DNA of 64,000 nt from Thermoproteus sp. Lineage in GTDB: Archaea; Thermoproteota; Thermoprotei; Thermoproteales; Thermoproteaceae. This document shows positions 1 to 9,847 of the stretch, piece by piece. The notes below the pieces were generated by a model. That model saw nothing but the letters and a program-made list of their open reading frames with translations, made no database searches and was not told where the DNA came from. Location of the stretch: NCBI GenBank assembly GCA_049976425.1, contig JBMFIG010000004.1, positions 26,503 to 90,502 on the forward strand. The letters are read 5' to 3'. A program made the position numbers and the translations under genes. Each line of letters opens with the position of its first letter. Position 1 is the stretch's first letter.

Positions 1-644
1 GAGTTCATGGCGTAGCCCATCAACGGTACCCACGACGCGTTTAGGACCTCCCTCAAATAGCGGCGGAGCGAGCCCGGCGCGTAGTAGCGCGAGGCGTAGT
101 AGAGCCCGTAGAGGGCGGGAGCCGCCGATATGGCCACGGAGCTCCAGAGCACCGCGGACACGGACCATCTGGCCGCGTAGATGGCGCCTACAGCCGCCAG
201 CTTGACGCCGGCCTGTAGCAGATTCGAGACGACGAAGCGCCCTCTGTCCTTGACCATAAGTATCGAGGACGCCACCGACGAGATATACGCCGAGGCCTCG
301 GCGGCTAGGGCGGCGAACGCCACCAACGGCCCGTAGGGCCCCATCTCCTCCCAGACGGCGGCCAGATACGCGGCGGTCAAGCCGGCAGACGCCGTGAAGA
401 AGAGCGTCGAGGCCCCCAAGGCGGACCTTATGTCCAGCCCGCCGTCCCTCGCGGCTATTCTGGGCAGGGCGAATCCCAGGATCGCGTTGGGGAGCAACGA
501 GAAGGCCGTGGACGCGTTGAGGAGCGTGACGAGCCCCAGATCGTTTATGGGCAGTTTGCGCGTTATCGCTATGTTGTACAACAAGCCGACCGCGAGCGTC
601 AAGAGAGACGTCGAGATCCCCAACAGCCTCACGTGTCTAGCCAC
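1..644 (-). CDS. Polytopic membrane protein, Wzx flippase/MATE-like (partial, runs off the window start)
   Basis: Manual translation from GTG 644: VARHVRLLGISTSLLTLAVGLLYNIAITRKLPINDLGLVTLLNA...; many hydrophobic helices; AT-rich TATA-like element at 661-670; absent from the ORF track because the stop lies outside the window. Confidence 0.6.
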   Translation of the reverse strand, partial: MARHVRLLGISTSLLTLAVGLLYNIAITRKLPINDLGLVTLLNASTAFSLLPNAILGFALPRIAARDGGLDIRSALGASTLFFTASAGLTAAYLAAVWEEMGPYGPLVAFAALAAEASAYISSVASSILMVKDRGRFVVSNLLQAGVKLAAVGAIYAARWSVSAVLWSSVAISAAPALYGLYYASRYYAPGSLRRYLREVLNASWVPLMGYAMN

Positions 645-683
645 GCTGTGGAGGCCGCCGGTTAATAAATCCTCAACGCCGGC

Positions 684-2315
684 CTACCTCCTGACGGCCC
701 GCAACAGCTCCTCCCTCAAGCCCATCCTCCCAGGCCTGAAGATCCTCCTGTCCATCTCCTCGAGGCCGCCGACAACGGGCTTGAAGGCCATGCGCGACAA
801 CACGTCGCGCTCCAGATCCACGCCGGGCGCTATCTCGGCCAGCGCGAGGCCGCTGGGCGTCAGCTTGAACACGGCGCGTTCCGTGATGTACACGACCTCC
901 TTGCCCTCCTCCAATGCGTACCTCCCGCTGAACACTACCTTGTAGACCGAGTCCACGAACTTCACTATGTTTCCGTCCGCCTTGATCTTGACGCCGCCGT
1001 CGGCCACCTCGATCGACCTCCTGCCGGCGGTGAACTCGCCTGCGAAGTAGACCCTGGGCGAACCTATGGCTATGACGGGGAAGCCGCCGGGGCCCGTCAT
1101 GCGGCCTGGTATAAACGCGGGGTTTACGTTCCCCTGGGCGTCCACCTCCAAGAACCCGAGCGAGGTTGCGTCTATGGCCCCGCCCTCGTAGAGGAGGAAC
1201 TGGTCGGGCATGGGTATAACCGCGTAGTGGCCCAGCACTGCGCCGAAGTCGGCGCCGGTCAAGGCGTAGCCGCCCCACTGGCCGGACTCCACCGTTATGT
1301 GTATGAACTCCTCCACGTCCTCCTCCCTTATCACGTCCGCCGCGACTGCGGGTATGCCGATGCCTAGGTTGACCACCACGGGCCTGCCCAGCCTCTCGAC
1401 AAGCCCCGCCAGCTCCAGCACGACCCTCCTCGCTATGGCCTTATCCACGTCGAGCGGCCGCGGCTCGTAAGACGCCCTATACGGCGCGTCGCCGCTCACT
1501 ATGGGGTTGTAGTCGAAGCTGTAGGTCTGCCAATGGAACCGCTCCGCCTCGTTTCCCCTCGGCGCCACCACCACGCAGTCCACCAAGGGGCCCGGCACGA
1601 AGACCAACTTCGGGTGTATCTCGCCGGCCGTCACGACGCGGAGCACCTGCGCCGCGACCAGCCCGCCGGGGTGGGCCTTGGCCGCCTGCACCATGGCGAG
1701 GACCGACCCGTACATGGCCTCGCGCTCCATGGAGAGGTTGCCGATCTCGTCAGCCGTCGTGGCTCTGACAAACGCGACGTTGGGCTTAGGGGCCCTATAG
1801 AGCAGGTATTCCTTCCCGTCTATCGTTACCACCTCGACCCTGGCGGTCCTCCTCTCCTTGGCCAGGTCGTTCAACATACCGCCGTCTTGTCTCGGGTCGA
1901 TGAAGGTGCCGAGCCCGACGCGGGATATCACGCCCGGCGCCCCCGCCGCTACGTCTCTGAGCCATCTCGTGACTATCCCGATGGGCCAGGTATATGCCTC
2001 GACCAAATTCCGCGCGGCGGCTGTCTGGAGCGAGGGGGCCCAGCCGTAGAACGGCAGTAGGAATCCCCTGACGAGCCGCTGGTCGGGGTGCTCCAACACG
2101 TAGCGGCCGATCTCGTCTAGCCCGAAGCCGGGGACTGCGGGAAGGGCGTCGGATACTATGAACAGATCCCTCGGTCTGCCGACCTCCTCGTAATGCCTCA
2201 AGAGGGCGTGTATGAGGTAGAAGGGGGCAGTGGCCGCGTTGAAGCCCGATATCGCTACGACGGAGCCGTCTCCGATTCTCTCGAGCACGCGTTCCAGGTC
2301 GAAACACTTAGCCAC
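684..2315 (-). CDS. Family I acyl-CoA:acetate/propionate CoA-transferase (fused alpha/beta, YdiF/Pct-like)
   Basis: SRVGLGTFIDPR, NLGIGIP, TVESG (catalytic Glu) and GPGGF motifs. Confidence 0.9.
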   Translation of the reverse strand: MAKCFDLERVLERIGDGSVVAISGFNAATAPFYLIHALLRHYEEVGRPRDLFIVSDALPAVPGFGLDEIGRYVLEHPDQRLVRGFLLPFYGWAPSLQTAAARNLVEAYTWPIGIVTRWLRDVAAGAPGVISRVGLGTFIDPRQDGGMLNDLAKERRTARVEVVTIDGKEYLLYRAPKPNVAFVRATTADEIGNLSMEREAMYGSVLAMVQAAKAHPGGLVAAQVLRVVTAGEIHPKLVFVPGPLVDCVVVAPRGNEAERFHWQTYSFDYNPIVSGDAPYRASYEPRPLDVDKAIARRVVLELAGLVERLGRPVVVNLGIGIPAVAADVIREEDVEEFIHITVESGQWGGYALTGADFGAVLGHYAVIPMPDQFLLYEGGAIDATSLGFLEVDAQGNVNPAFIPGRMTGPGGFPVIAIGSPRVYFAGEFTAGRRSIEVADGGVKIKADGNIVKFVDSVYKVVFSGRYALEEGKEVVYITERAVFKLTPSGLALAEIAPGVDLERDVLSRMAFKPVVGGLEEMDRRIFRPGRMGLREELLRAVRR

Positions 2316-2414
2316 AGGTTAAAGTATATCGTTATTTTATATATCTTATTTCGTTTCTATGTAAAATATTTTTTCGACAATATAAAAGCTCTATTCGCCG
2401 GAAGCGTGGAATAC

Positions 2415-3572
2415 CTAGCACTTGAGCTTTACCCTCCCCGGCGTCTCCGACATCATGTAGGGCGTCCCGGGCACCAAGATCTTCCTGCCCCTACACTCCA
2501 TCTCGACTATGGCGCCTCTCATACGCCAGTGCGGCTGGGACGCGATCCACTCCACGGACTTGACCACGGCTATCGGCGGCCTCCCCTTCTCCCGACTCGC
2601 CTTGACCAAGTCCTCGGCCTTGTACTTGGCGACCTCGGCAAATACCTCCTTCTCCAGCTCCTTCAACTGTCCCGGATCCTTCTCCCAGACCTCAAGGGCC
2701 TTTTTCCACCTCTCTGCCAGATCGGGCCTCCCGATGATTTCGAAAAACGCCTCGACCTCCGGCCATATCACTGTGGCCAGCGCCACGAAGCCGTCGCTGG
2801 CCCTCGCCGTGGTGTACGTAACCAAGATATTCGCGTCGATTGTGGGAGATCTCTGGCGAGGCGCGCCGAGGACGAAGGGGGCCCCTATCTGGTAGGGGTG
2901 GTCGACCGACAAGACCTCGTTTATGGCCACGTCTATGAACTGCCCCTTGCCGCTCCTCATCCGAGCCCAGTAGGCGGCTAGGGCTGATAGGGCGCCCGCC
3001 GCGCCGGCGAACGCCCAGGCAAGCCATATCCCGGCTCTTATGGGGTAGGAATAGGGCTCGGGAAGCGCCGGGTTCCCCAACATGGCCATGTACCCGTTGT
3101 AGGCCTGGCCCGTCAAGTCGGAGTCGGGCATATCGGCGTACTCCTCGGCCTTCCTCCCGTAGTGCCCGAACTGGGATATGGCCACGTAGATGAGCTTGGG
3201 GTACCTCTCGGCCAACTGCGGGTAGCCCAGGCCTCTTGAGTAGAGCTTCCCCGGCCCAAGCCCGTCTATGAGTATGTCGAGCTCGGGCAACAGCTTCGGC
3301 ACGTCCTCCAACGCCACCTCGCGCTTCCCGCGGCCCTCCACGAAGTAGGGTATCCCGACGCCCTCGATCGTGGCTCCGTGGGGCGTTATCCTTTTGGCGT
3401 CCTCGTCGGGCACCGTGTAGACCTCTGCTCCGAGCTCAGACAAGAGCGACCCCGCGATTCTGCACCCGAAGTTGGTCCCGCATATCTCGACCGCCTTGAC
3501 GCCCTCAAGAGCCTCCGGCTTGGCCTCCCTATCGCCGAACAGCTTCCTGAGGATCTCCTCTCTGTCGCTCAT
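2415..3572 (-). CDS. Family III (CaiB/BaiF) CoA-transferase subunit
   Basis: LEGVKAVE, LSELGAEV, GLGYPQL, ISQFGHYG and GKGQFIDVA motifs. Confidence 0.85.
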   Translation of the reverse strand: MSDREEILRKLFGDREAKPEALEGVKAVEICGTNFGCRIAGSLLSELGAEVYTVPDEDAKRITPHGATIEGVGIPYFVEGRGKREVALEDVPKLLPELDILIDGLGPGKLYSRGLGYPQLAERYPKLIYVAISQFGHYGRKAEEYADMPDSDLTGQAYNGYMAMLGNPALPEPYSYPIRAGIWLAWAFAGAAGALSALAAYWARMRSGKGQFIDVAINEVLSVDHPYQIGAPFVLGAPRQRSPTIDANILVTYTTARASDGFVALATVIWPEVEAFFEIIGRPDLAERWKKALEVWEKDPGQLKELEKEVFAEVAKYKAEDLVKASREKGRPPIAVVKSVEWIASQPHWRMRGAIVEMECRGRKILVPGTPYMMSETPGRVKLKC

Positions 3573-4900
3573 GGCTCCACCTCGTCTTTTTCTCCCCTAA
3601 ACACGGGGTCGCTTTCGGCGCTCCATCCGGGCGGCGGCATGTTGCCGAGCTGTCCATCCCAGTACCCCACCACGCCCTCTCTCTCCAGCCTTTCGACCTC
3701 GGCCGGCGGGAGCCCCAGCTTCCTCGTGAGCACCAGCTTGTTGTGGTAGCCCACGGGCCTAGCCACCCATCTGACGGCCAGCGGCGTCCCGCTCATCTTG
3801 ACTATGGGGCCCGGCACCACGATCTCGCCGTACAGCCTATCCCTTATCTTGAGGACGGACCCCCTCTCGGCCCTCCAGGGATCGTCGAGGACCTCCTTGT
3901 CGTTGAGCACCGGCTGTATCGGGACGCCGGCCTTCTTGCCGAACTCCAGAAGCTCGTCGAGGGTCTTGCCGGAGGCCCACGCCTTCACGGCCTCGTACTT
4001 CCTCCAGAGCGACTCGGCGTCTCTGGCCTCCCTCAGACCTCTGAGGCCCGGCACGACCTCGGCCAAGGCGTCGTACTGACGCTGTGTCATGGCCGCCAGC
4101 GCCGCGAACTTCCCGTCCGCCGTCTTGAAGACCCCCGAGACGTAGGCCGAGGGGTCTATGAAGCCGCTTCTCTTGAGCCTGGACCCGGTCAACGACATGT
4201 AGGTGAAGTGGTACATGAACCGCTGCATGCTCGCCGCCTGAGAGAGGTCTATGTACTGCCCCTTGCCGGTCCTCTCCCTGTATATCAACGCAGCTATTAT
4301 CGCCGATACGGCCATAGTGGACGGGAGCCAGTCGCCGGGATAGTCGGGCAGTCTGTAGGCCTCGTTGACCCCGTCCTCCCATCCGGTTATGTCTATCATG
4401 CCGGACTCCGCCTGGCCTATGATGTCGTAGCTGGGCAACTTAGAGAGAGGCCCCCAGTTGCCATAACCGCTGGCGCTCACATAGATAAGCCTCGGGTTGA
4501 CCTCCCTCAGCTGTAGATAGCCCAGTCCGTACTTGTCGAGGGTGCCCGGCTCCATGTTCTCCACGAACACGTCGGCCCTCTTGGCCAACTCGACCACAAG
4601 CTTCCTGCCCTCCTCCTTCCTGAAGTCGATGCCGACGAAGTACTTGTTAGAGTTCAAGTAGAGGTAGTCTATCCTCATGCCCTTGTAGAAGCCCTTGCCG
4701 CCCCACATGGACGCGTACTTCCACCGATCGCCGCGTGGCGGCGGCTCTATCTTTATCACCTCGGCCCCTAGCTGGGCCAGAAGCCTCGGTATGTTGGGGC
4801 CGAGTATGTAGTGGGAGAACTCGACAACCTTGACCCCCTCCAGCGGCGGCGATCCTCCTGCGTTTTTTATGAGATTTTCTATTATTCCGAAGTAGCTCAT
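3569..4900 (-). CDS. Family III (CaiB/BaiF) CoA-transferase
   Basis: PLEGVKVVEF, LGAEVIKIEPP, ADVFVEN, SGYGNWGP and GKGQYIDLS; stop overlaps the next start (ATGA). Confidence 0.9.
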   Translation of the reverse strand: MSYFGIIENLIKNAGGSPPLEGVKVVEFSHYILGPNIPRLLAQLGAEVIKIEPPPRGDRWKYASMWGGKGFYKGMRIDYLYLNSNKYFVGIDFRKEEGRKLVVELAKRADVFVENMEPGTLDKYGLGYLQLREVNPRLIYVSASGYGNWGPLSKLPSYDIIGQAESGMIDITGWEDGVNEAYRLPDYPGDWLPSTMAVSAIIAALIYRERTGKGQYIDLSQAASMQRFMYHFTYMSLTGSRLKRSGFIDPSAYVSGVFKTADGKFAALAAMTQRQYDALAEVVPGLRGLREARDAESLWRKYEAVKAWASGKTLDELLEFGKKAGVPIQPVLNDKEVLDDPWRAERGSVLKIRDRLYGEIVVPGPIVKMSGTPLAVRWVARPVGYHNKLVLTRKLGLPPAEVERLEREGVVGYWDGQLGNMPPPGWSAESDPVFRGEKDEVEP

Positions 4901-4987
4901 ATAGCTAAGAAAATTTTTATTTTAAAGTATTCACTTTTATAGACAACGTAGGCGGCGCAATACGTTTATACCGGCCATAGATATGAC

Positions 4988-5278
4988 ATGGCCAGCGCGT
5001 TGGGGTACGGCCTGCTGGCGGTCGGGATAATACTGATCGCAACCGCCGTATTCATGGTCTACGCCGCTCTGGCGGGCTACGTGGAGCCGTTCCACATATT
5101 CTCCTTCAGCGACGTCGTGGTGGACTACGGCTCTGCCCATATCAAGGTGCTCGACGGGAGCCAGCTGAGCAAGATGGCCGACCTCTCCTTCTGGGCCCTT
5201 CTGGCCGCCTTCGTCGCATCCGCAGGCGGGAAGTTGGCGGACCTAGGCGTGAGGCTGATAGCCGGCTCTGAGAAGTGA
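4988..5278 (+). CDS. Small two-helix membrane protein, hypothetical
   Basis: 96 aa with two hydrophobic segments; TTTATA about 25 nt upstream. Confidence 0.7.
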   Translation: MASALGYGLLAVGIILIATAVFMVYAALAGYVEPFHIFSFSDVVVDYGSAHIKVLDGSQLSKMADLSFWALLAAFVASAGGKLADLGVRLIAGSEK

Positions 5279-5308
5279 ATACTTATATATGCTAAATAGG
5301 CTGTCGCC

Positions 5309-6550
5309 ATGACTACATGGACGGAACATGTCTTTGCCAAGAAGCTGGGCAGGGCGCCGGCCCCCGGCGAGGTTGTTGAGCTGGTCCCCGATCTGGTAGC
5401 CTTCCACGACCTCACAGGCTACCACGTGCTCGAGATGATGGAGAAGATGGGCGGCGTCGAGGTGTTCGACAAGGACAAGCTGGTTGTGGCGTTCGACCAC
5501 CTGTCGCCCGCCCCCACTGTCAGAGCCGCTGAGATACAGGTCTACATCCGCCGCCACGTGAGGTCCCTCGGCCTAAAGAACTTCCACGACGTGGGGGAGG
5601 GTATAATGCACCAGCTGATCCTCGAGAAATACGCCATGCCGGGGCAGTTCGTCTTCGGCGCCGACTCCCACACGAACATGGCGGGCGCCGTCGGCGCGTT
5701 CGCGCAAGGCATGGGCGCCTCCGACATAGCCGCCATGTTGAAGCTCGGGAGGACTTGGCTAGTTGTGCCCCAGCCCGTGAAGATCGAGATAAGGGGGGAG
5801 CCCCCCAAGGCGGTCACCGGCAAGGACGTGGTGCTCCACCTACTGTCTGTCTACAAGGCGGAGGGGCTCAACGGCTACTCCGCCGACGTATACGTGGAGA
5901 GGCCCTCCGCGTTCCCCATGGACTACAGAGCCACGGTGGCCAACATGTCGACGGAGCTGGGCGCAGACGCGTTGATGTTCGTGCCCGATTCCGAGACGGC
6001 CGCGTTCCTCGAGAAGACCAGAGGCGCCGTCCCCAAGATAGACTTCGCGCCGGGCGGAAAATACTCCGACGAATACGCCGTCGAGCTCGGCAGGCTGGAG
6101 CCCCTAGTCGCCGCGCCGCACAGCGTGGACAACGTCAAGGCCGTGTCGGAGGTCGAGGGCGTCGAGGTCGACCAGGTCTTCATAGGTAGTTGCACCAACG
6201 GGAGGCTCAGCGACATAGAGGCGGCCGCCAAAATACTCAAGAGGGGTAGGGCCAAGGCCCGTTGTATAGCGATACCCGCCTCCTACTCGGTCTTCCGGCA
6301 GGCCTTGGAGGCCGGCTATATAGATATCTTGACCAAGGCAGGCTGTGTGGTGACCTACGGCACCTGCGGCCCTTGTATAGGAGGCCACTTCGGCGTCTTG
6401 GGCCCCGGCGAGGTGGCCGTGTCGACTAGCAACCGCAACTTCGTGGGCAGGATGGGCGCAAACGACTCCAAGGTGTACCTAGCCAACGCCTACACTGCGG
6501 CGGCCGCCGCGTTGGAGGGCAAGATAGTCGACCCGAGGAGGTATCTCTAA
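5309..6550 (+). CDS. leuC: 3-isopropylmalate dehydratase/homoaconitase large subunit
   Basis: [23 protein letters not shown] and STSNRNF aconitase-family motifs. Confidence 0.92.
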   Translation: MTTWTEHVFAKKLGRAPAPGEVVELVPDLVAFHDLTGYHVLEMMEKMGGVEVFDKDKLVVAFDHLSPAPTVRAAEIQVYIRRHVRSLGLKNFHDVGEGIMHQLILEKYAMPGQFVFGADSHTNMAGAVGAFAQGMGASDIAAMLKLGRTWLVVPQPVKIEIRGEPPKAVTGKDVVLHLLSVYKAEGLNGYSADVYVERPSAFPMDYRATVANMSTELGADALMFVPDSETAAFLEKTRGAVPKIDFAPGGKYSDEYAVELGRLEPLVAAPHSVDNVKAVSEVEGVEVDQVFIGSCTNGRLSDIEAAAKILKRGRAKARCIAIPASYSVFRQALEAGYIDILTKAGCVVTYGTCGPCIGGHFGVLGPGEVAVSTSNRNFVGRMGANDSKVYLANAYTAAAAALEGKIVDPRRYL

Positions 6551-6564
6551 CGCCGGAAGCCTTT

Positions 6565-6595
6565 TAACTTGGGGTACCCCAAGTTACTTGGGGTA
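6565..6595. promoter_or_regulatory. Perfect 22-bp palindrome TAACTTGGGGTACCCCAAGTTA plus a third half-site ACTTGGGGTA; putative operator
   Basis: Read directly from the sequence; abuts the ATG at 6595. Confidence 0.6.
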
Positions 6596-6645
6596 TGTTG
6601 TTTAGCGTCGAGCCCAAAAGCAGAAGGGTGAATCTATATCAATAG
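6595..6645 (+). pseudogene. 5' remnant of an archaeal ATPase-family gene (MLFSVEPKSRRVNLYQ*)
   Basis: Resembles the MLFxxxPKxxxxDL(F/Y)DRE N-terminus typical of archaeal AAA ATPases; truncated after 16 codons. Confidence 0.45.
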
Positions 6646-6679
6646 CGGATCCCGTCTATAGGCTGGCGGCGTCGCGGCT

Positions 6680-7369
6680 CTAACATATCGCGAGCGCCCT
6701 CGCCGGCCCTCCCTCGCCTCCCCTTATCTTTATGGGAGCGAAGACGAAGAGAGCCTCGCCGCCGCATTCGCGCAACACCGACTCCAAATTAGCCAAGTTC
6801 TCTACGATGATCACGCCGCTCGACAATAGCCTGTGGTGGACGTAGACCACGTCGTCCTTAGAGACCCGCGGTGGGTACGGGAAGCCCTCGACGCCTGCAT
6901 AGCCGGCGACAGACATGCCCTCCACACCCACGGCCGCAACGCCGGCATTTGCTAGGTAGTCCGCCGCGTCTCTGTCCAGATAGGGCCAGTCGTAGAGGAA
7001 CTCCTCAGTGCCGTATTTGGACGAGAAGCCCGTGTATATCATGACGGCCCTCCCCCTAGATATCTTGTCGGAGAATCTCGAGAGGTCCGAGGCCGTTATG
7101 GCCTCGCCGGGCCTCTTCCAGCTGAGGTCCAAAACGTGGCCCCTCACGACGAACCTCTCCAGAGGGATTCTCTCTATGGTGTCGCCGCCGGGCACGAAGT
7201 GGGCAGGGGCGTCTATATGGGTCCCCGTGTGGCTGCCCATCTCGAGCCTGGACAGTGTCACCTCGCCGTACTTCTTGGCCAGGGACACGTACTCGTGCCT
7301 ATACGGCGGATCGCCGGGGTAGGTCTGCATACCGTTGTACAGCTCCCGCGAGAGGTCTATGACCTTCAT
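6680..7369 (-). CDS. Cyclase-family metal hydrolase (kynurenine formamidase KynB-like)
   Basis: HTGTHIDAPAHF motif; IVENL; PIKIRGGEGGPARA. Confidence 0.88.
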   Translation of the reverse strand: MKVIDLSRELYNGMQTYPGDPPYRHEYVSLAKKYGEVTLSRLEMGSHTGTHIDAPAHFVPGGDTIERIPLERFVVRGHVLDLSWKRPGEAITASDLSRFSDKISRGRAVMIYTGFSSKYGTEEFLYDWPYLDRDAADYLANAGVAAVGVEGMSVAGYAGVEGFPYPPRVSKDDVVYVHHRLLSSGVIIVENLANLESVLRECGGEALFVFAPIKIRGGEGGPARALAIC

Positions 7370-7384
7370 GGAGGGAGATGGGAT

Positions 7385-8529
7385 CTATAAAAATACGGGA
7401 ACTCCTCTGAACTCCTCCACAAAGGCCTTGATCGCCTTTTCGTCCACGGGCCTCTTCCTTGCGGCGTAGTCCTTGACGCGCCTCAAGATATAGTCGACGA
7501 GCTCTGGGCTGGGCTCCAGCCCCATCTGCTTCAAGGCCCACTCGACGGAGTGCCTCCCCGAGTGCTTCCCCAGCACTATCCTCCTCCTGTTCCCCACGGC
7601 CTCGGGCATCATGGGCTCGTAGGTGAAGGGGTTGTTGAGGACGCCGTGGACGTGGATGCCGGACTCGTGGCTGAAGGCGTTGTCGCCCACGACTGCTTTG
7701 TTGGGCTGTAGCTGGATCCCGAAGAGCCTAGCCACCAGCCGCGACGTCTCGTAGAGCCGCTCCATCCTAAGGCCGACCTCGCGGCCCAGCAGAAAGCGGG
7801 CGGCGGCGGCCACCTCCTCCAGCGCCGCGTTGCCGCCCCTCTCGCCGAACCCGTTGACAGTGACTTGGGCCACCTCGGCGCCCGCCTCTATCGCGGCGAT
7901 GGTGTTGGCCACCGCCATGCCGAAGTCGTCGTGGCAGTGCACGTGCATGGGGACCGGCGGGAGCTCGGCCTTGAGGTGCTCCACCAGATACCTCATCCTG
8001 CTGGGCGTCATCACGCCGACGGTGTCGGGCACGTTTATCTCGTCGGCGCCTGCCTCTATCGCCGTTCTGAACGCCTCGACGAGGAAGCCCAAATCGCTCC
8101 TGGTGGCGTCCTCGGCGCTGAAGAGAACCCTAACCCCTCTGGACTTGGCGTACTCCACAGACTCAGCGATCCTCCGCAACACCTCGTCCCGCGTCATCCT
8201 CAGCTTGTACTTCATGTGTATATCGCTCGTCGCTATGAAGACGTGGACCATGTCCACATCGGCGTCGACGGCGGCGTCTATGTCGGCCTTGTTGGCCCGC
8301 GCCAGGCTGGCCACCTCTGAATACGCCGCGTCCCGCGCTATTCTCCTCACCGCCTCGGCCTCCTCGGGCGACACGGCCGCGAAGCCGGCCTCTATATAGT
8401 CCACCTTTAGTTCGTCCAACGCCATGCCTATCTGGACCTTCTCTTCGACGGTCAGAGAGATGCCGGGCATCTGTTCGCCGTCTCTGAGGGTGGTGTCGAA
8501 GAACCTCACCCGGTGAGCCCCGAATCCAT
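7385..8529 (-). CDS. leuA: 2-isopropylmalate synthase lacking the C-terminal regulatory domain; proposed start ATG 8529 with a -1 frameshift at about 8521-8518 (in-frame GTG at 8509 is an alternative start)
   Basis: [23 protein letters not shown] and HESGIH motifs; Leu codon in the leader supports the Leu-pathway assignment. Confidence 0.85.
8506..8529 (-). promoter_or_regulatory. leuA leader ORF MDSGLTG* with slip site TCG-GGG-CTC(Leu)
   Basis: ATG GAT TCG GGG CTC ACC GGG TGA; TTTTATATA at 8555-8547; -1 frame reads [17 protein letters not shown]. Confidence 0.8.
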
Positions 8530-8615
8530 ATAGCCCAGAAGCGATCTATATAAAAGGTTTTCGCCCTATATAATAGTTCACATCCGTGCTTATAAATAGA
8601 AGTCGGGTAGGCGTC

Positions 8616-9176
8616 ATGCTGAAGAAGGAAGGAGTCGAAAAGGCGGAGGCCGCCGTAACGTCCTTGTTGATCCACCTCGGCGAGGATCTATCGAGGCCCG
8701 GCGTGGCCAACACGCCGAAGCGCTTCGTCAAGGCCATGGAGGAGCTCACGAGGGGGTTGAGGGAGCCGGCGCCCGAGGTGGTCTTCTTCCCTCTGGAGTA
8801 CGAGGCGGATCCGGGCCCCGTCGTCATCGAGAACATAAGGGCGGTATCCCTCTGCGAACACCACCTGCTCCCCATAGTGCTCAACATATCTGTGGCCTAC
8901 CAGCCCGGCGACGCCGTGCCGGGGCTCAGCAAGGTGATAAGGCTGGTCAAGTGGGCCGCGGCGAGGCCCATAATGCAGGAGAGGTTCACCGAGTGGCTGG
9001 CCGACCTCCTCATGGACAGGCTGAAGGCCAAGGCGGTCAAGGTCAAGGTGTGCGGCGTCCATATGTGCTCCTTCATAAGAGGCGTCAAGGACGAGCACCA
9101 CACGATGATCACCGAGGCCAGGAGGGGCGATCTGGACGTAAGGCTCGACTGCAAACGCCCCCTGGCCTGTAGATGA
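8616..9176 (+). CDS. folE: GTP cyclohydrolase I (type IA)
   Basis: NTPKR, SLCEHHLLP, GLSK, QER and HMC..RGV motifs; TTATAAAT at 8590 supports ATG 8616. Confidence 0.9.
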   Translation: MLKKEGVEKAEAAVTSLLIHLGEDLSRPGVANTPKRFVKAMEELTRGLREPAPEVVFFPLEYEADPGPVVIENIRAVSLCEHHLLPIVLNISVAYQPGDAVPGLSKVIRLVKWAAARPIMQERFTEWLADLLMDRLKAKAVKVKVCGVHMCSFIRGVKDEHHTMITEARRGDLDVRLDCKRPLACR

Positions 9177-9847
9177 GGATAGTCGTAACGGGCGCCAGCG
9201 GCGGCATAGGCAACGCGTTGGTCGAGCTGGCGAAGTCCAGGGGGGATTTCGTCGTCGGCATTTCGAGGAGGCCCTCCAAGGCCGACCTCCACTACGCCTG
9301 CGACGTCCTGGACCTCGAATGCCTCAAGACAGCCGCGGAAAACGTCGGCGCCGTCGACGGCTTGGCGCTACTGCACGGACACGGCGATCCGGCGGTATGG
9401 AACAAGGGCGTGGAGGAGCTAGACGCCCGCGACCTCCTCACAGTCTTCGAGGTGGACGTGGTGGGTAGCCTCAACGTTGTGAAGGCGTTTATGAGGAACC
9501 TCAGAAGCGGCTCCTCCATAGTCTTCGCCGCGTCGACGCCTGCCTTGGTGGGCGACCGCTACGGGATACCCTACGCTGTTGCTAAAGGCGCTCTGGTGGC
9601 CCTCGCCAAGAGCCTTGCCAAGGCCCTAAGCCCCGTGAGGGTCAACGCCGTGGCGCTGGGCCCCATAGCCACCCGGTGGACGGCTTGGATATCGGAGGAG
9701 GAACTCGCAGGCTTTAGGGAAAGGACTCTGTTGAGGAGGCTGGGCGATCCCAGAGAGGCCGCCGAGGCGATCTACTGGCTCCTCTCGCCGGCGTCCAGCT
9801 ACGTCACGGGCCAGGTGCTGGTCGTAGACGGCGGGGAGTCCCTCTAG
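9173..9847 (+). CDS. Short-chain dehydrogenase/reductase
   Basis: TGASGGIG, YAVAK (YxxxK), VRVNAVALG and SSYVTGQVLVVDGG; ATGA overlap with folE. Confidence 0.88.
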   Translation: MRIVVTGASGGIGNALVELAKSRGDFVVGISRRPSKADLHYACDVLDLECLKTAAENVGAVDGLALLHGHGDPAVWNKGVEELDARDLLTVFEVDVVGSLNVVKAFMRNLRSGSSIVFAASTPALVGDRYGIPYAVAKGALVALAKSLAKALSPVRVNAVALGPIATRWTAWISEEELAGFRERTLLRRLGDPREAAEAIYWLLSPASSYVTGQVLVVDGGESL

